In this document: piece after piece, positions 44,301 to 55,945 of the stretch
Numbering within the stretch: the stretch's first letter is position 1
Layout: each line of letters begins with the position of its first letter
Assembly (NCBI RefSeq): GCF_048593235.1
Contig: NC_133617.1
Coordinates: 748,196,958 to 748,260,957 of the forward strand
Direction of reading: 5' to 3'
DNA from: Sminthopsis crassicaudata
Taxonomy: Eukaryota
Length of the DNA: 64,000 nucleotides
Translations under genes and position numbers: made by a program
Notes under the pieces: model-generated
Seen by the model: the letters and a program-made list of their open reading frames with translations, nothing else
The model's database searches: none
Told to the model about the DNA's origin: nothing

Positions 44301-47300
44301 GGGTTTGACTCTGAAATACTTCTGTGTAATTGCATCTCACACAGCTGTAGGTTAAGAATTGGCCTTTTCCGTCCACACAAATCTTGGTGGCCTTCAGCAT
44401 CTGGATGCTGCCTGGAAGCAAAGGAGTAAGAGGAGAAGATCAAGGAAAAATCGACCTGTCAATAACCAACCAACACGGACAAAGCGCTTACTCTGTGCCG
44501 AACACTGTGCTGAGCCCCAAAAATACAAAGGAAAAAAAAAAGAGTTTAGAGAACCAACTTATAGGAATCAGAACTTAGATGATAAATACTCGAAGGAAGG
44601 TCACCTCCAAGGGGACAGCCCTGTGCAAAGACACCCTCCCATTCCAGCGGAGGGTAAGAGTTTGGTGTGAGCCTCTCAGAGGGTGACAGGCAGTGCCCCA
44701 GGCACTGGGTAGAGCCATCTTGGATCCCTAAGATGGGATCCTTCAGGAATCTGTACTACAAAAGGCAGGCTCAGTGCCGAGTAGTTTAAAAGCTGGGAGA
44801 CTTCCATGCCGCCCAGTCACTCACCTTGCTTCCGCCATCCCCACGTCCCTCACTCACCGTCTTGCTTGAGCACCCAGCTTATGTTCAAAAGGACTGCATC
44901 TGGATTGGTCTTGGGGCTGGCCACAGAAAGCACACGGAGAGTCCGCAACCCCCCTGGAGTCAGCTTGTTTCTGACCAGCCACTCTCTGGATGGACCTTGG
45001 AATAATAACAGGAAGAGCTGGTGTTTGTTCGGCACCGTAAAGCCTGATGAGATGCTATAGGGAGTGCAAGTATCACTGGGGGGGCCAGGTAGCTCAGTGG
45101 ATAGAGCACTGCCCTTGGAGTCTGGAGCAAGTTCTAATCATGCTTCAAACATTTCCTAGCTGGGTGACACCTGTCAATCACAAACCCTCGCTTGGACTCC
45201 GTTTCCTCATCTATGAAATAAGGCAGTTGGACTCCATGTCACCAAAGGTCCCTTCAAATCCCTAATCTGTAGTTATCCCCCTTTTACAGATGGGGTTTGG
45301 GGTGGAAGTGCTGGAGATAGAGATAGCCATCAAGCAAAAAGTGTCTGCTTCCTATGTGACCGGAGCCAAGCAACCTGACCATTCAGGACGCAGTTTCCTC
45401 ACCGCTAGGAGGAAGAAGCTGTTCTCCATAACCACTGAAGGCCCTTCAGCTCTAAATCCCAGGACAGCTGTGTCCATTATGTGGAACACAGTACTCCACC
45501 TGTCCACAGGGCTCAACCTAAGGACGCCCCAATCACCCAATTGCGACTGCCCACCACGTGGGCGCAGCCACATCCTACAAATGTACTCTGTTCCCTCCCT
45601 AAGCACCTTGGAGTGATTTTGAATTTATTCTGTCCACATTGATCTGTGTTCATGGGGTAGCTGGGTGACTCAGTGGACAGCGTTGGAAGATCTGCGCTCA
45701 GACACTTTTTACCCAATGACCCCTCACTGCTGCCTGCCTCAGTTTCCTCATCTGTAAAACTGGGATAATACAGCACCTACCTCCCCAGGTGAGAATTAAA
45801 TGAGACACTCTACAAACGTTTGCAATTATTAATTCAAAAGTTTTTCAAATTCAACTGAAATGAATTAACAGTGACCAACAAAACCAAAGGGCCCTTTGGA
45901 AAAATCCTAGTTCAGCCTTCGGTAAATATGAAAAACAAAAGCCTCTACCCAGTTCTAGTGAATAAAAGGTGGCCTGGGAACACAGGGACAGATATCTGGA
46001 GCTCCAAGCAGCAGAGTGCAGCACTGACGCACAAGCTTCCAGCCAGCAAAGATAAGAATGCAAACAAAGAGCATGATAAAATCTGAAGTAAAAAGAACCC
46101 AAAGGGACCGGATGCAAATAGGGTCCCTGCAGATGCTTCTCCTTTTCAAAGCACGATTTTCCTATAGGCAAATGAAACTAGAGCTTGGACTTCAAGCTGT
46201 TAACTGTGCGTTGTTGGGCTTCCTCGTGGGGCAGGTTGTTTGGAGGATCGCTCTTAAACTTCCGATTGAGTGATTTTTGAACAGCCACCCCCGATGGGAA
46301 CTCCTCCTGACTGACTCCTAAATGAACGTTCTGGGCTTTCTTGCAAGTTGCCACAGCCAGGATTTTCACTGGACTCAGTTACTTACTTACCGTTCTCAGG
46401 GAAGCATTTTATAGACTGCAAGAAAAGAAGAAAACAGTATCAGTCACGAGAAATGAGAAATCCCAATGGTCCCCGCTCTCGCCCTGCTCCGTAGCCCGTC
46501 CTTGGCACATGGCAGCTGCTTCTGGAATACTGGTTGAATGAAAGCACGGCTTCTATTGACTGGGAGACAAGTCCCAGGAATGGCCTCGGAGGTTACTGAG
46601 TCTTGCTCCTTCCTTTTACGGACAAGGAATTGAGGCACAGGGGGATAAGGATCACCCAGCTCCCTGAGCTCAGAGGCCCATCTTCCTTTAATGGGGGCCA
46701 GAGTTTTCTCTTCCTGAGCACATGCTTCTGATCACAGCCTGACTTGTAGGCACTCAAAGGGTACCTGGGAACTTTTTTTTTTTTTTTTTTTTTTTTACAC
46801 TGGAAAGTTCAATTTTCCTCATGACAAATGTAGCAAAATCACCTGGGTATCACTTGATGTCTTGGGACCGATTAAAGTCAAGGGCAGTGATTGGCTGTGA
46901 GTTTTCAGATAGGGGTGGGGGAGGGATGAAGTGGGGGGCTCAGGGGGCACTTGGGGAGAGACAGGGTATATATATATGGACTTCTTGCAAAGAAACTCCC
47001 TCTACAGATGCAGGACCACTGCTACTTCACCACTTATCATCTGGGGGGGTCCTAGAGGGCAATGAAGGAAGCCCCTCACGGGGTCACAAGGGAACTTCCC
47101 CACAGGATGTAGGTCTGCCTCATTCTGGCTCCAAGTGGGGTGCCACGACCTGCCACAGGGAGTCACAACAGTTATGGCTGGGCCGAGGTCCTTTGCAGCC
47201 TTGAAATGCTACATCCTGTGACGCAGCTGCTAATATTTTGGGGTTTGGGGGAGAAAAGAGCTTTTTGAAGCTAGGACATGTAGGGGAGGGCCTGCCCTGA

Positions 47301-48662
47301 GCCCCCATTTTCTGGCCTCACGCTGCCCCCCTTAGTGCTTCCACAATTAGCTTCATTCCAGCCACAGCTCCTTGTTTCCAAGCCACGGCGAGACAAGGGG
47401 CCAAACTGCCCTTTGGGGGCCCCTGAGCAGCCAAGTAGAGTCCCAAATTCTCCTCCCGCAACTTGCTCATAACGGAATACCCCTCAGTGAAGCTGCCCTC
47501 CTCCCAGGAGTCCATCTCCGGCCTTGCTCTACCTGCCCTGCCCCAACCCTCAGATTTCTGGGGTGAATACCAAGCCAGCCAACCCGGAGCATCACCCCGC
47601 CCTCCCTTTGCACTCAGCAAGAGCACTTGAATTTGAGAAAAGGCTTTTGGGGGGGGGATCATCTTCAGTGTTTTCCCCTTCCCAAAATGTTTTCTAAACT
47701 AAACTTTCTGACCTAAAGCCTTCCCAGGTACCATCAGTCAGTGAAGCTGTCACCCACCTCGTAGCACCAGAATTCGGGGTAGGGCTGGTCAGAGCCCCGA
47801 ATTTGGAGTGAGGAGTAAATGGGGCTCTGCCATTTGCTGTTTGTGTGAGCCTCGGCTTCCTCATCTATAAAATGGGTTTGAGACCCTCTGAAGTGGTTAC
47901 CCTGGCACAGTGAGCGACTAACGGACCTGCTTGTCCCATCACCCCAGTGACCTCGAACCACCCTCCCCTTAAAGGGCCATGCGGGCCTTCCGGCCATCCC
48001 CTGCGTCTCTGTCCCGGCACCCGGCAAGGCTCGGGGGAGCGTCACCGTCAGACAGACGCAGGGCCAAGACTTCGGGTGCTGGGGCTGGATGCCTCAGACT
48101 GCAGGGTGCGGGGCGGAGGAGCCCGCTGGGCCGGGACCCGACCGGCCTTTCTGTGTCCGCTTTGGGACTTAAGAAACGTTTGCTGACTGCTCTCCCCGGG
48201 ACAGTGACTCTTCAAGGCTCCTTCCAGATGCCAAGAACCTTAGGATTCCTCCCTCCGGGCCATTCCTCCCCCCGGGCCATCCCTCCCTCGGGGCCATCCC
48301 TCCCTCGGGCACCTTCAGGAGTCCCGCACCCGCCGGGGGCTCCGGTTGGGTGAGGCACTGGGCGGGGGCGGGGGGAGAGGGGGCGAGCCCGGCCTCTTTC
48401 TGCGGCGGACAAGGGGCTTCCCGCCCTCGGGGGACGGGGAGAACTTGGGCCGCTCCTCATGGCAGAAGTGACAGCAGCCGAGTTCCGAACGGGCGCCAGA
48501 GCCGAGGGAGGCACGAGCTCGGAAAGTGGGAGCCGGGGGCTTAGCGGAGGCAGATGGGCGCAGGAAGGGGGCGGGGCTTACCTGCTCCGCGAGGCCCCGG
48601 GGGGCTGCGCTGCTCAGCCACAGCACGACCGAGCCCAGAAGGGAGGGCAGCCCTGGTAGCAT
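33657..48662 (-). CDS. IL17RB: Interleukin-17 receptor B (IL-25 receptor), 485 aa
   Basis: Minus-strand exons 48662-48582 (signal peptide), 46415-46391, 44995-44858, 44411-44284 (LKATKICV..YSCVRCNYTE), 43632-43506 (AHNIPPANMNED), 40505-40458, 39348-39203, 38542-38474, 36466-36373, 36062-35961 (TM), 34156-33657 (SEFIR). Total 1458 nt, GT-AG, phases consistent, same 11-exon layout as human and syntenic with ACTR8. Confidence 0.95.
41730..41945 (+). mobile_element. MIR-type SINE
   Basis: ctggagtcaggaaga...tgggcaagtca...tgcctcagttccctcatctgtaaaatgggg. Similar copies lie near 45075-45270, 45655-45840 and 61570-61830. Confidence 0.75.
42050..42340 (+). mobile_element. CR1/L3 3' remnant
   Basis: gtcagtggagag...gatgaggaagag...tggctcagtctagaggaggctcagaggtgat is CR1-like. 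Confidence 0.45.
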
Positions 48663-49800
48663 CTCCGAGGATGGATGGGACACTGACGGGCCGCGCCAGC
48701 TGGGGCGGACTAGCGGCCTCGGAGCCTCGGGCTGCTCCAGGTGCCCGGCCCCGCCCCGAGCCCCGCCCCGAGCCCCGCCCCGGCCCGGCCCGAGCCATGG
48801 GGTTGGGCGGGCCGGGCGGGGCGGGGCAGGAGCTCTGGCACCTCCCCCACGCCCCCTGCTCCGCGCAGGTGTGAGGGGCGCAGACCCCCACCCCGCCCTC
48901 AGGTGCGCACGCCCTTCCTGGGCCTCGAATTCCCCGCTCTGGGAAATTACGGGGGGCTCGGGGCGGACTCGGCGACCCCCAGGGCCTCTGCAGCCGGGGT
49001 CCGGGCCCCCCGGGGGGCGCGACGGGCAGCCACGGGTCAGGATTCTTCTCGGCGGCTCGAGGCGGGGGGCCGCGGAGGCGTAATGGGACGGCGTGTTCGG
49101 CCGCCCGCGGGCCGCCCTTTGTCCTCCCAGTCCGGGAGGCGCGGGAGAGGCGGCGCCTGGCAGGCCCCCAGTGGGGGTGGGGGCAGCCCGCGCGGCGCAG
49201 CCGTTAAAGTTTAGCCGGGCCGGGCCCGCCCCCTGCCCGCCCTCCGCGCTCGGCCTGCGGGACAGTCGGCTGGAGGGTCCCGCTGGGAGCCAGGAGCGCC
49301 GGCCGGCGGACAGCGCGGTGAGGGCGGGGACGGAGCAGGGCAGAGGGCCGGCAGCGGGGCAGCGGGGGGCTGCGGGGGAGAGGTGGGGACGGGGGCAGCG
49401 GGAGGGGAGGAGGGGCTGCCAGAGGAAGGGGCGCTTGGGGGAGCCCGGGACCCGAGAGGAGGGACCGGGGGAAGGGGTTCCCTGCCCCCGGAGCGGGGAG
49501 CGGAGGAGAGGAAGAGGTGGGGCCTGGCAGGGCATGGGGTTCTGGCCAGGGGTTCCCCGGCGGGGCGGGGCGGGGGTGAAAGAGGAAGGGAGTCCTGGCA
49601 GGAGGGGGACGGGGCTCGCCAGCCTGGGCCCCTGGCCCCGCGGGGATCTGGGCCAGAGCCACGCAGGAAGGGAGGAGGGGAGAGGAGGGAGTCCCATGCC
49701 AGCCTTGTGGCTCCTGCCGCCTTCTGGGTCCCTAGCCCTTCCGGAGGCTCTCAGCCCAGCCCCTGGCACGGAGCAGGCGCTTCATAAATGCTGGCTCTGG
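48300..49800. promoter_or_regulatory. CpG island; IL17RB promoter, probably bidirectional with CHDH
   Basis: CpG-dense. Tandem GC boxes (gccccgccccga x3, about 48748-48785) lie roughly 90-125 bp upstream of the IL17RB ATG. CHDH is head-to-head with IL17RB in human. Confidence 0.75.
49200..49317 (+). other. Candidate non-coding first exon of CHDH (inferred from synteny)
   Basis: Good donor cgcg|GTGAGG at 49318, preceded by a TA-rich gttaaagttta box inside the island. No CHDH coding sequence was found in the window. Confidence 0.3.
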
Positions 49801-51519
49801 GCAGGGTCGGGAGCGTCTCTAACTGCCCTGGGCCCGAGGCCAGCTGGAGCGGCGCTTTCCCGGCAGGAAGGTGCCAGTTCAGAGCCCCGGGCCCAGCAGG
49901 TGCGTGCGCCCCGGGCAGCGGAGCTGTCCTTCCCACGCCCCTCCCCCCACTGCCAAACTCGACTTACCAAGTGGACGAGATCCCTTAAAATCGGCGTGCA
50001 AGGAGCTTGGCCTTAATTGGGCTTTTAGCGGGTCAGGGGGAGGGGGCCGGGGCCGCGGAACTAGGAAGCGTCCTGGACCGACCCTGCCTCAGCCCCCACC
50101 GTCTGGGGGCCTTGAAACGGGGGCGGGACTGTGGTGAGGGTCCGAGCCTAGCGACCACTCTGCCAAAGCCAGATCCCACCGCTCTTCTTAGGGCTGGAGG
50201 GAGTCATCCCCTCGCTTTACAAATTGGGAAACTGAGTCCGGAGAGATGGACTTTCAGTGCTCGGCCCAAAGGACACCTCGACCTGAGCCATTACTGGATG
50301 GTCTTGCCCCCTTCTCCCCCTCCCCCACACCAAGAGAACCTCAGAGGCAGGGAGGACCAAGTTCATTCTCAACTGATCGTCCCAGCAGCCCAGTGACAGG
50401 CAGGGCAGGGATTCACTTCTTAACTACAGGAGGAACCGAAGTCCGCGAAGGAGCATAAATTTGCACCCAAGTCGTTCCTCAGCGGTCCTGCCCAACCGCT
50501 GGGAGAATTCTGAGGAAAGAGATGAGGTCATCGGGAATGCTGGCAGCCCTCAGGGAGGAGTTCCTGGAGAAGGTGGCCCCTGATGCTTGAAGGATGGGAA
50601 AGATTTCAACAGTGGAAGTTTTGGGGAGAGTCCGGGATGTGTGAAAGATCGTGGAAAAGGGGAATAACACAACAGATCTGGGAAAAATCTTAGTCATTTT
50701 TCCCCCTCAAAAAAAGAAAAAAAAAAATCAAGAGCAGAATCTGCCAGTTCCAGGCCAAAGGACCCAGAAATGGACTCAAAAGGACAGTGATCAAAGGCCT
50801 TGTTTCCTTTTCTCATGGGTCCGGGAGAATTTTCATTACAGATTATCCAGATTTGATCAAGTATCTCATAATATCCTGGAAGGAAACAAAAACAAAAACA
50901 AAAAGCGGGAGGCTTCAGGCTAGGCAAGATGGTTGAATGGCCTGACCCGACAAGTAATTGTAAATGGCTGAGTCACCTTGGCAGGGGATCTCCAGCCAGG
51001 AGCTCAGCCCTGGCCCTTCGAAAGGCAGAACTAGCATACTCATCCCATTTGAAGATGGCCCCCAGTGGGAGGGACAGCCAATCAGCGGACACCTTAGGAC
51101 GCCCAGGCCTTGACTGCTATAGAGCGCTGGCCGAAAATTCACAAAGAATCCAGTCTCGAACCCAAGTTTCAAGAAAGCAGCTTAATGAAGAGCACAAGTT
51201 GGCTTGAAAAAGCTGGGGGTCTTGCTGGAGTGCTAGCTGAGTCAGCACGAGATGTGACAGTTGGAGGAGAATTCTCAGAAGTCCTGGCCTGGCTAAGTAG
51301 TCCTGGGCCCAGTCACAGGGGGGCAGTGAGAATGATAAGAGCCTTGTCAGGGGAGAAGACTGAAGGGTACGCTCAGGCCATGAGTCCCTCATCCTCGGGA
51401 GCAGTCAATAGACAAGGTTTTTAGCCGCCTGCTCAGGCCGGAGGACAGAACTAGGAACAGCCCAGTTTAGGCTTGAGATTCCCCCAAACTTCAGAAGGAC
51501 CGGAGCTGTTCCAAAGGGC

Positions 51520-51707
51520 TAGTGGTCCTCAAACTTTGTAAACGGGGGCCAGTTCACTGTCCCTCAGACTGTGGGAGGGCCGGACTAGAGTAAAAACAAA
51601 ACCTCACCCTCTGTCTCCACCCCTCAGCCCATTTGCCATAACCCATGGGCCACATAAACATCCTCAGCGGGCCGCATGTCGCCAGTGGCTGTAGTTTGAG
51701 AACCCTG
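51520..51707 (+). mobile_element. hAT MITE, OC1-like, copy 2
   Basis: tagtggtcctcaaactttgtaaacgggggccagttcactgtccctcagac...gtagtttgagaaccctg aligns along its length with the reverse complement of 33033-33204. Confidence 0.8.
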
Positions 51708-54700
51708 GGCTACAGGCTGCCTGCCTCCCAGAGGCCGCTGGGGTTCCTTCATGTGTCAGGACCAGACTTCGTTCCAGGCCAGCATGGGGAATGGGAACAA
51801 GCACTTGGGGACCAAAGAGGCTGGGATGAGGATGGAGGCCACAGAGTATCCCAGACTGGAGTTCATGAAGACAGGAATTTGATGGGAAACCTTGAAGGTC
51901 AGAAACAGGATTCTCTTTCCTGGGGAATAACAGGATTATTTGTGCATTAGAATGCCTGCTCTGTGGAAAGGATGAGGGAGCCTGAAGATGGGACCTGATG
52001 AGCACCTAAGATCAGAGCGTACAAATGACCTGGGAGAGAACCACAGCAGGAGCTTGGCCAGTCCCATTCCTTTGGAAAGTCTGGAAGGCTCCTTCCACCA
52101 GAGTCCTCCCCGGCTCCCAGCCTCCGTCCGGCCCCTCTCAAGGATGGCCCCACTTCCCCCTCACAGGAATTTCCAGGGTTTTCTGACCTTAGTATCTCTC
52201 AGCCTTGGCAAGTGGACCCAAAGCTGCTCATCCGGCTCTCTTAGGAAGCAGGAGTTTATATTTTATCAAGTTGCCAGAAGGGAAATATCCATCAATCACT
52301 GGGAGCTTGGGTTTAAGCTCAAGGACAAATACACACATCAGTATTCTTCTGAATAGAAAGCAGATCAGGCGGAGCTGTTGGTGAGGAGGACTGGGCCTTC
52401 CCACTCCCAGAGAAACTCAGATACCCCTTGCCGGGCAGAACTTCAGAAGGTTCAATCAACAAGGATTTTTAACCCCCTGTTGTATACGTGGCCACAAAAA
52501 TAGGGATTCCTTGTCCTCAAACAGTTTTTATTGAGGGGGGATAGATCAGTCCACAAACCATCACCCGCTCCATGTGTGGCACTGGGCTAAGGACTAAGTA
52601 TGGAAAGACCATAGGGAAACAATCCCACTCCTCAAAGTGCTTGGGTCAGGTAGGGGAGGGGAGAAGGTAAGATTGAGGGAAAGGGTAGGTAGGGCTATTG
52701 AGGAGGGAGAGGGCGATCAAAGGAGTTCTGCCCTGAATTAATCCTCCTCAGACTCCGCCATGGGTATCCAGCTTCTCCCCAACATTCACACCAGCCAGGT
52801 GTGTCCATGGGCATCCACCTGCTCAGAAGCCCCAGGCAAGGGACCATCCTCCAGGCTACATCCCTCAGGGACACCTGGGGACCTGGCCGCTTGGCTGTGT
52901 TCAGAGACTGGGAGCTCAGGGGGAAGGCACCTTGAAGGTCAGCTGAGTCCAACCCTTTTTATAGATGAGGAAATAGTGTCCTGAAAATTAAGGGACCTGC
53001 TCGAGGCCACAGCTGGAGCGATAGAAGAGTAAACTGAGGTCCCAGAGAGACAAGGTCACACAGGAGCAGTGGGGTCAAAGATGAAAGGGTCTTTAGCATC
53101 TGACTCTCATTTTATAGATGGGGAAACAGAGGCCCACAGAGGGGACTTGCTGAGCCTTCTCGCCTGTCCACTAACTGTTCTTCCTCTTTTCTTCCTGTGC
53201 TTTGTAGAAGGGAAGGTTTTCTTAGCAGAGGCCCCGGGTCCTAGTACGTGCATGGACCGAACCAGCCCCAGTGGCCAAAAACCGGCCAGGGGTTACCTTT
53301 CTAGCCCATAGACGCTGCTTTGGGTCAGAGGAATCAAAAGCAAACTGGACTCTGGAGGAGAGAAGAAATCTCCCCTGGAGACTCTGGGCTTCCACCTGGA
53401 CTCAGGCCGCCGTCCCAGGAGGAATTTTCCACTTTGTTCCTAATACAAACATTTGCTGGGCCTGAGTCCATTTGGACTTGGTGGGCTCTGAGTCCCTTCT
53501 AGCTCTAGTAAATACGATCATCCTGGAGAGAAGCAAGTCACTTCATCTCTGAGCCCACTCCCTCAAGTGCATACGAAGTTGGTGAGTCTCTCACCCCTGC
53601 CGCCCTGCTGGGGCCTTGGGCCGGGGCTGTCCCCCACTCCATGTCCCCAGCTGCTTGTCACAGTGACTTCAGGAGCTGCCAGTGGGTCCTGCCATGGCCA
53701 TGTCAGCCCTGGCGAAGGACACAAAGGGCTGGGGCAAACCTTGCCCGGTCTGGCCCGCGGGAGATCTGCAGAGGAACAAAGTCGCCATTGTCTCCTTTGT
53801 GAGCTGGACTATTCAGCCCCGCTTCCACAGAGTTTAGAGTGACTCTTAGCTTGTAAAGTCTCCTGGAAAGAGCCCAGGAGTGAGAAGAGAGACACAGAGA
53901 GAGGAGATGGAGAGGAAAGAGGGAAGAAAAAGTGGGGAGGGAATAGAGGGAAAGGAGAGGAGGAAGAGAAGAGATGGAGAAGAGAGAAGAGACAGAGGGA
54001 GAGAGCAGACATTCTTGGGTTGAACCTTTTAGGCAATAAGGATGCTGAGAGCCCCATAGGTACAGAGAGCCTCCCAGGTAGATGAGATGAGAGTCTGGGT
54101 GACAGGGCGCTGGCTCCCACATGCAGGTGGGCACTTTCTCCACAACTTGGAATGTTGCCCAGAACATTCAGAGGACAAGGTCTTGGCCAGGGTCCCAGAG
54201 CAGGATGGGTCTGAGATGGGACTTGAACTGGATCTTCCTACCTCAGAGAATGAGGAGCAAGGAGGCAGGAGAAGGAGCTTGAAGTCAGAGTGGAACACCT
54301 TCCAAGTGGAGAAGCTGTTTTTTTGTTTTTTGTTTTTTAATCTTAGAGGCAAAAGGGAGATTTCTACGCAGCTGTATAGAGTGGTCAGACGTAACTGCAG
54401 GAAGATTCTGTGTGCACATGGGGAGAACAGTTGCTTAAATTAGAGAAATGAATTCCAGCCTAAACGTCATTTCTCCTGCTTCCTACTCAGTCCCTCAGAT
54501 TTCTTTGTCTCTTGGTGACTTTTCATCTTTCTTTCTCCTTGGCTTAATGACCAAGTCTTCCGTCCTGCTTTTGTTTTTCTTTTCCTGCAAGATTTCATAA
54601 AAATCTCCAACTTCTTTGTATTCCAGGTAATTTTGGGTTGCTCTTAATTGCCTTCTATTTAATTTATTTAATATCGTGTGCAATTGGGCTTGGGTCCCTT

Positions 54701-55702
54701 CCAGGGTTTCTGCAGTTACAAATAATCCTGCTATAAAAATCTTGAAGTGGATCACCTTTTTTTTTTTTTTTTTCTTCTTTTGAGTGGTTCTTGAGGTAGC
54801 TTCCCAGAGATGGAATTGGGTCAAGGATATAAGTACCTTGGTAACTTGGATTGACCCTTGTCACAGATCTCCCCCCAAAAGCTTTGAAAATCCAAATAAT
54901 TGGAGTTAATTTTGGGTCCCAAAGCTTTGTTCAACTTATTCACTGCATTCACTAAGTTTTGGTTGAGGGAGTTGGGATTTTCTAGATCCATTTTCATAGC
55001 ATCTGCTCATAATGCTATTTTGGCCTCTTTATTCCCAGAATTCATCCCTCTGGTACCAAAGTCTAATGGTGGTGGATAGGCTTTTCCATGCTACCTCTTA
55101 TCAAAGAGATGAACTTGGGGCCTCTTGCCTTGTAACAGATTTTAATAGGAATGTTTCTAACATTTGTTGAATGAATTGTTGACCTTTGTTTTAGAGCAAT
55201 AAGAAAAATACACTATTGTTATCGTGAAGAGAAAGCAAACTTTGTTTCTCTCTGTGTAAGGAGGTGGCTGACTCAGTGGATGTCCAGGTCCCCTCCAAGT
55301 GTGGGATCCTGGGGGAATCATCCCAGAGGGACAGGAACTGAGCACATGAAGACAGTTCTATGTCATGACAAGGAGAGTTAGATAGTTGGCTTGTTTCAAT
55401 GGTCTTGAAACCAATGAAAAGATCTTGAAGCCTCTTGTGTGGTTCAAGGGAATCTGGGCAAACAATAATGAGGCCTTGTGATCTGGGCTGGAGATCTCAC
55501 CGGAGAGAGAGCATGTGGATTCCATGTCCAAGAGGACACAAGGTTCAGAGTGTTGAATGGCTTCTCCTGATCACAAAGATAGGACATGATAGAGGTAGGG
55601 TTTAATCTCAAGCTTCCACTGACCTGAAGTCCAGCATCCTTAACCATGGATAGAAAAAACAAAAAGCCTGTGTTTATTTCCCTCCCTGCATACAATATCC
55701 AG

Positions 55703-55945
55703 CAGCAGCTCGGGGGCACAGTGGCTAGAAGTGTTGGACCAGCCAAGAAGACCTGACTTCAATCTGGTCACAGAAACTTACTGTCAGTGTGACCCAGGCT
55801 AGCCACTTCACTCTATTTGCCTCAATTTCCTCATCTGTAAAATGAGCTGGAGAAGGAAATGGACAAACACTCCAATATCTCTGTTTAAAAAAAAACCCAA
55901 AGGGGTCATGAAGAGTCAGAAATGACAGAAAAATGACTGTTTGAG
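55703..55945 (+). mobile_element. MAR1-type CORE-SINE
   Basis: cagctcgggggcacagtgg...tgcctcaatttcctcatctgtaaaatgagctggagaaggaaatgg...ggggtcatgaagagtcaga. Confidence 0.8.

Noticed and set aside
48315-49769. 484-aa ORF in frame with the IL17RB start
   Set aside because: Stop-poor CpG-island sequence. An extension would bury the signal peptide, and only the 27 codons at 48662-48582 are credible.
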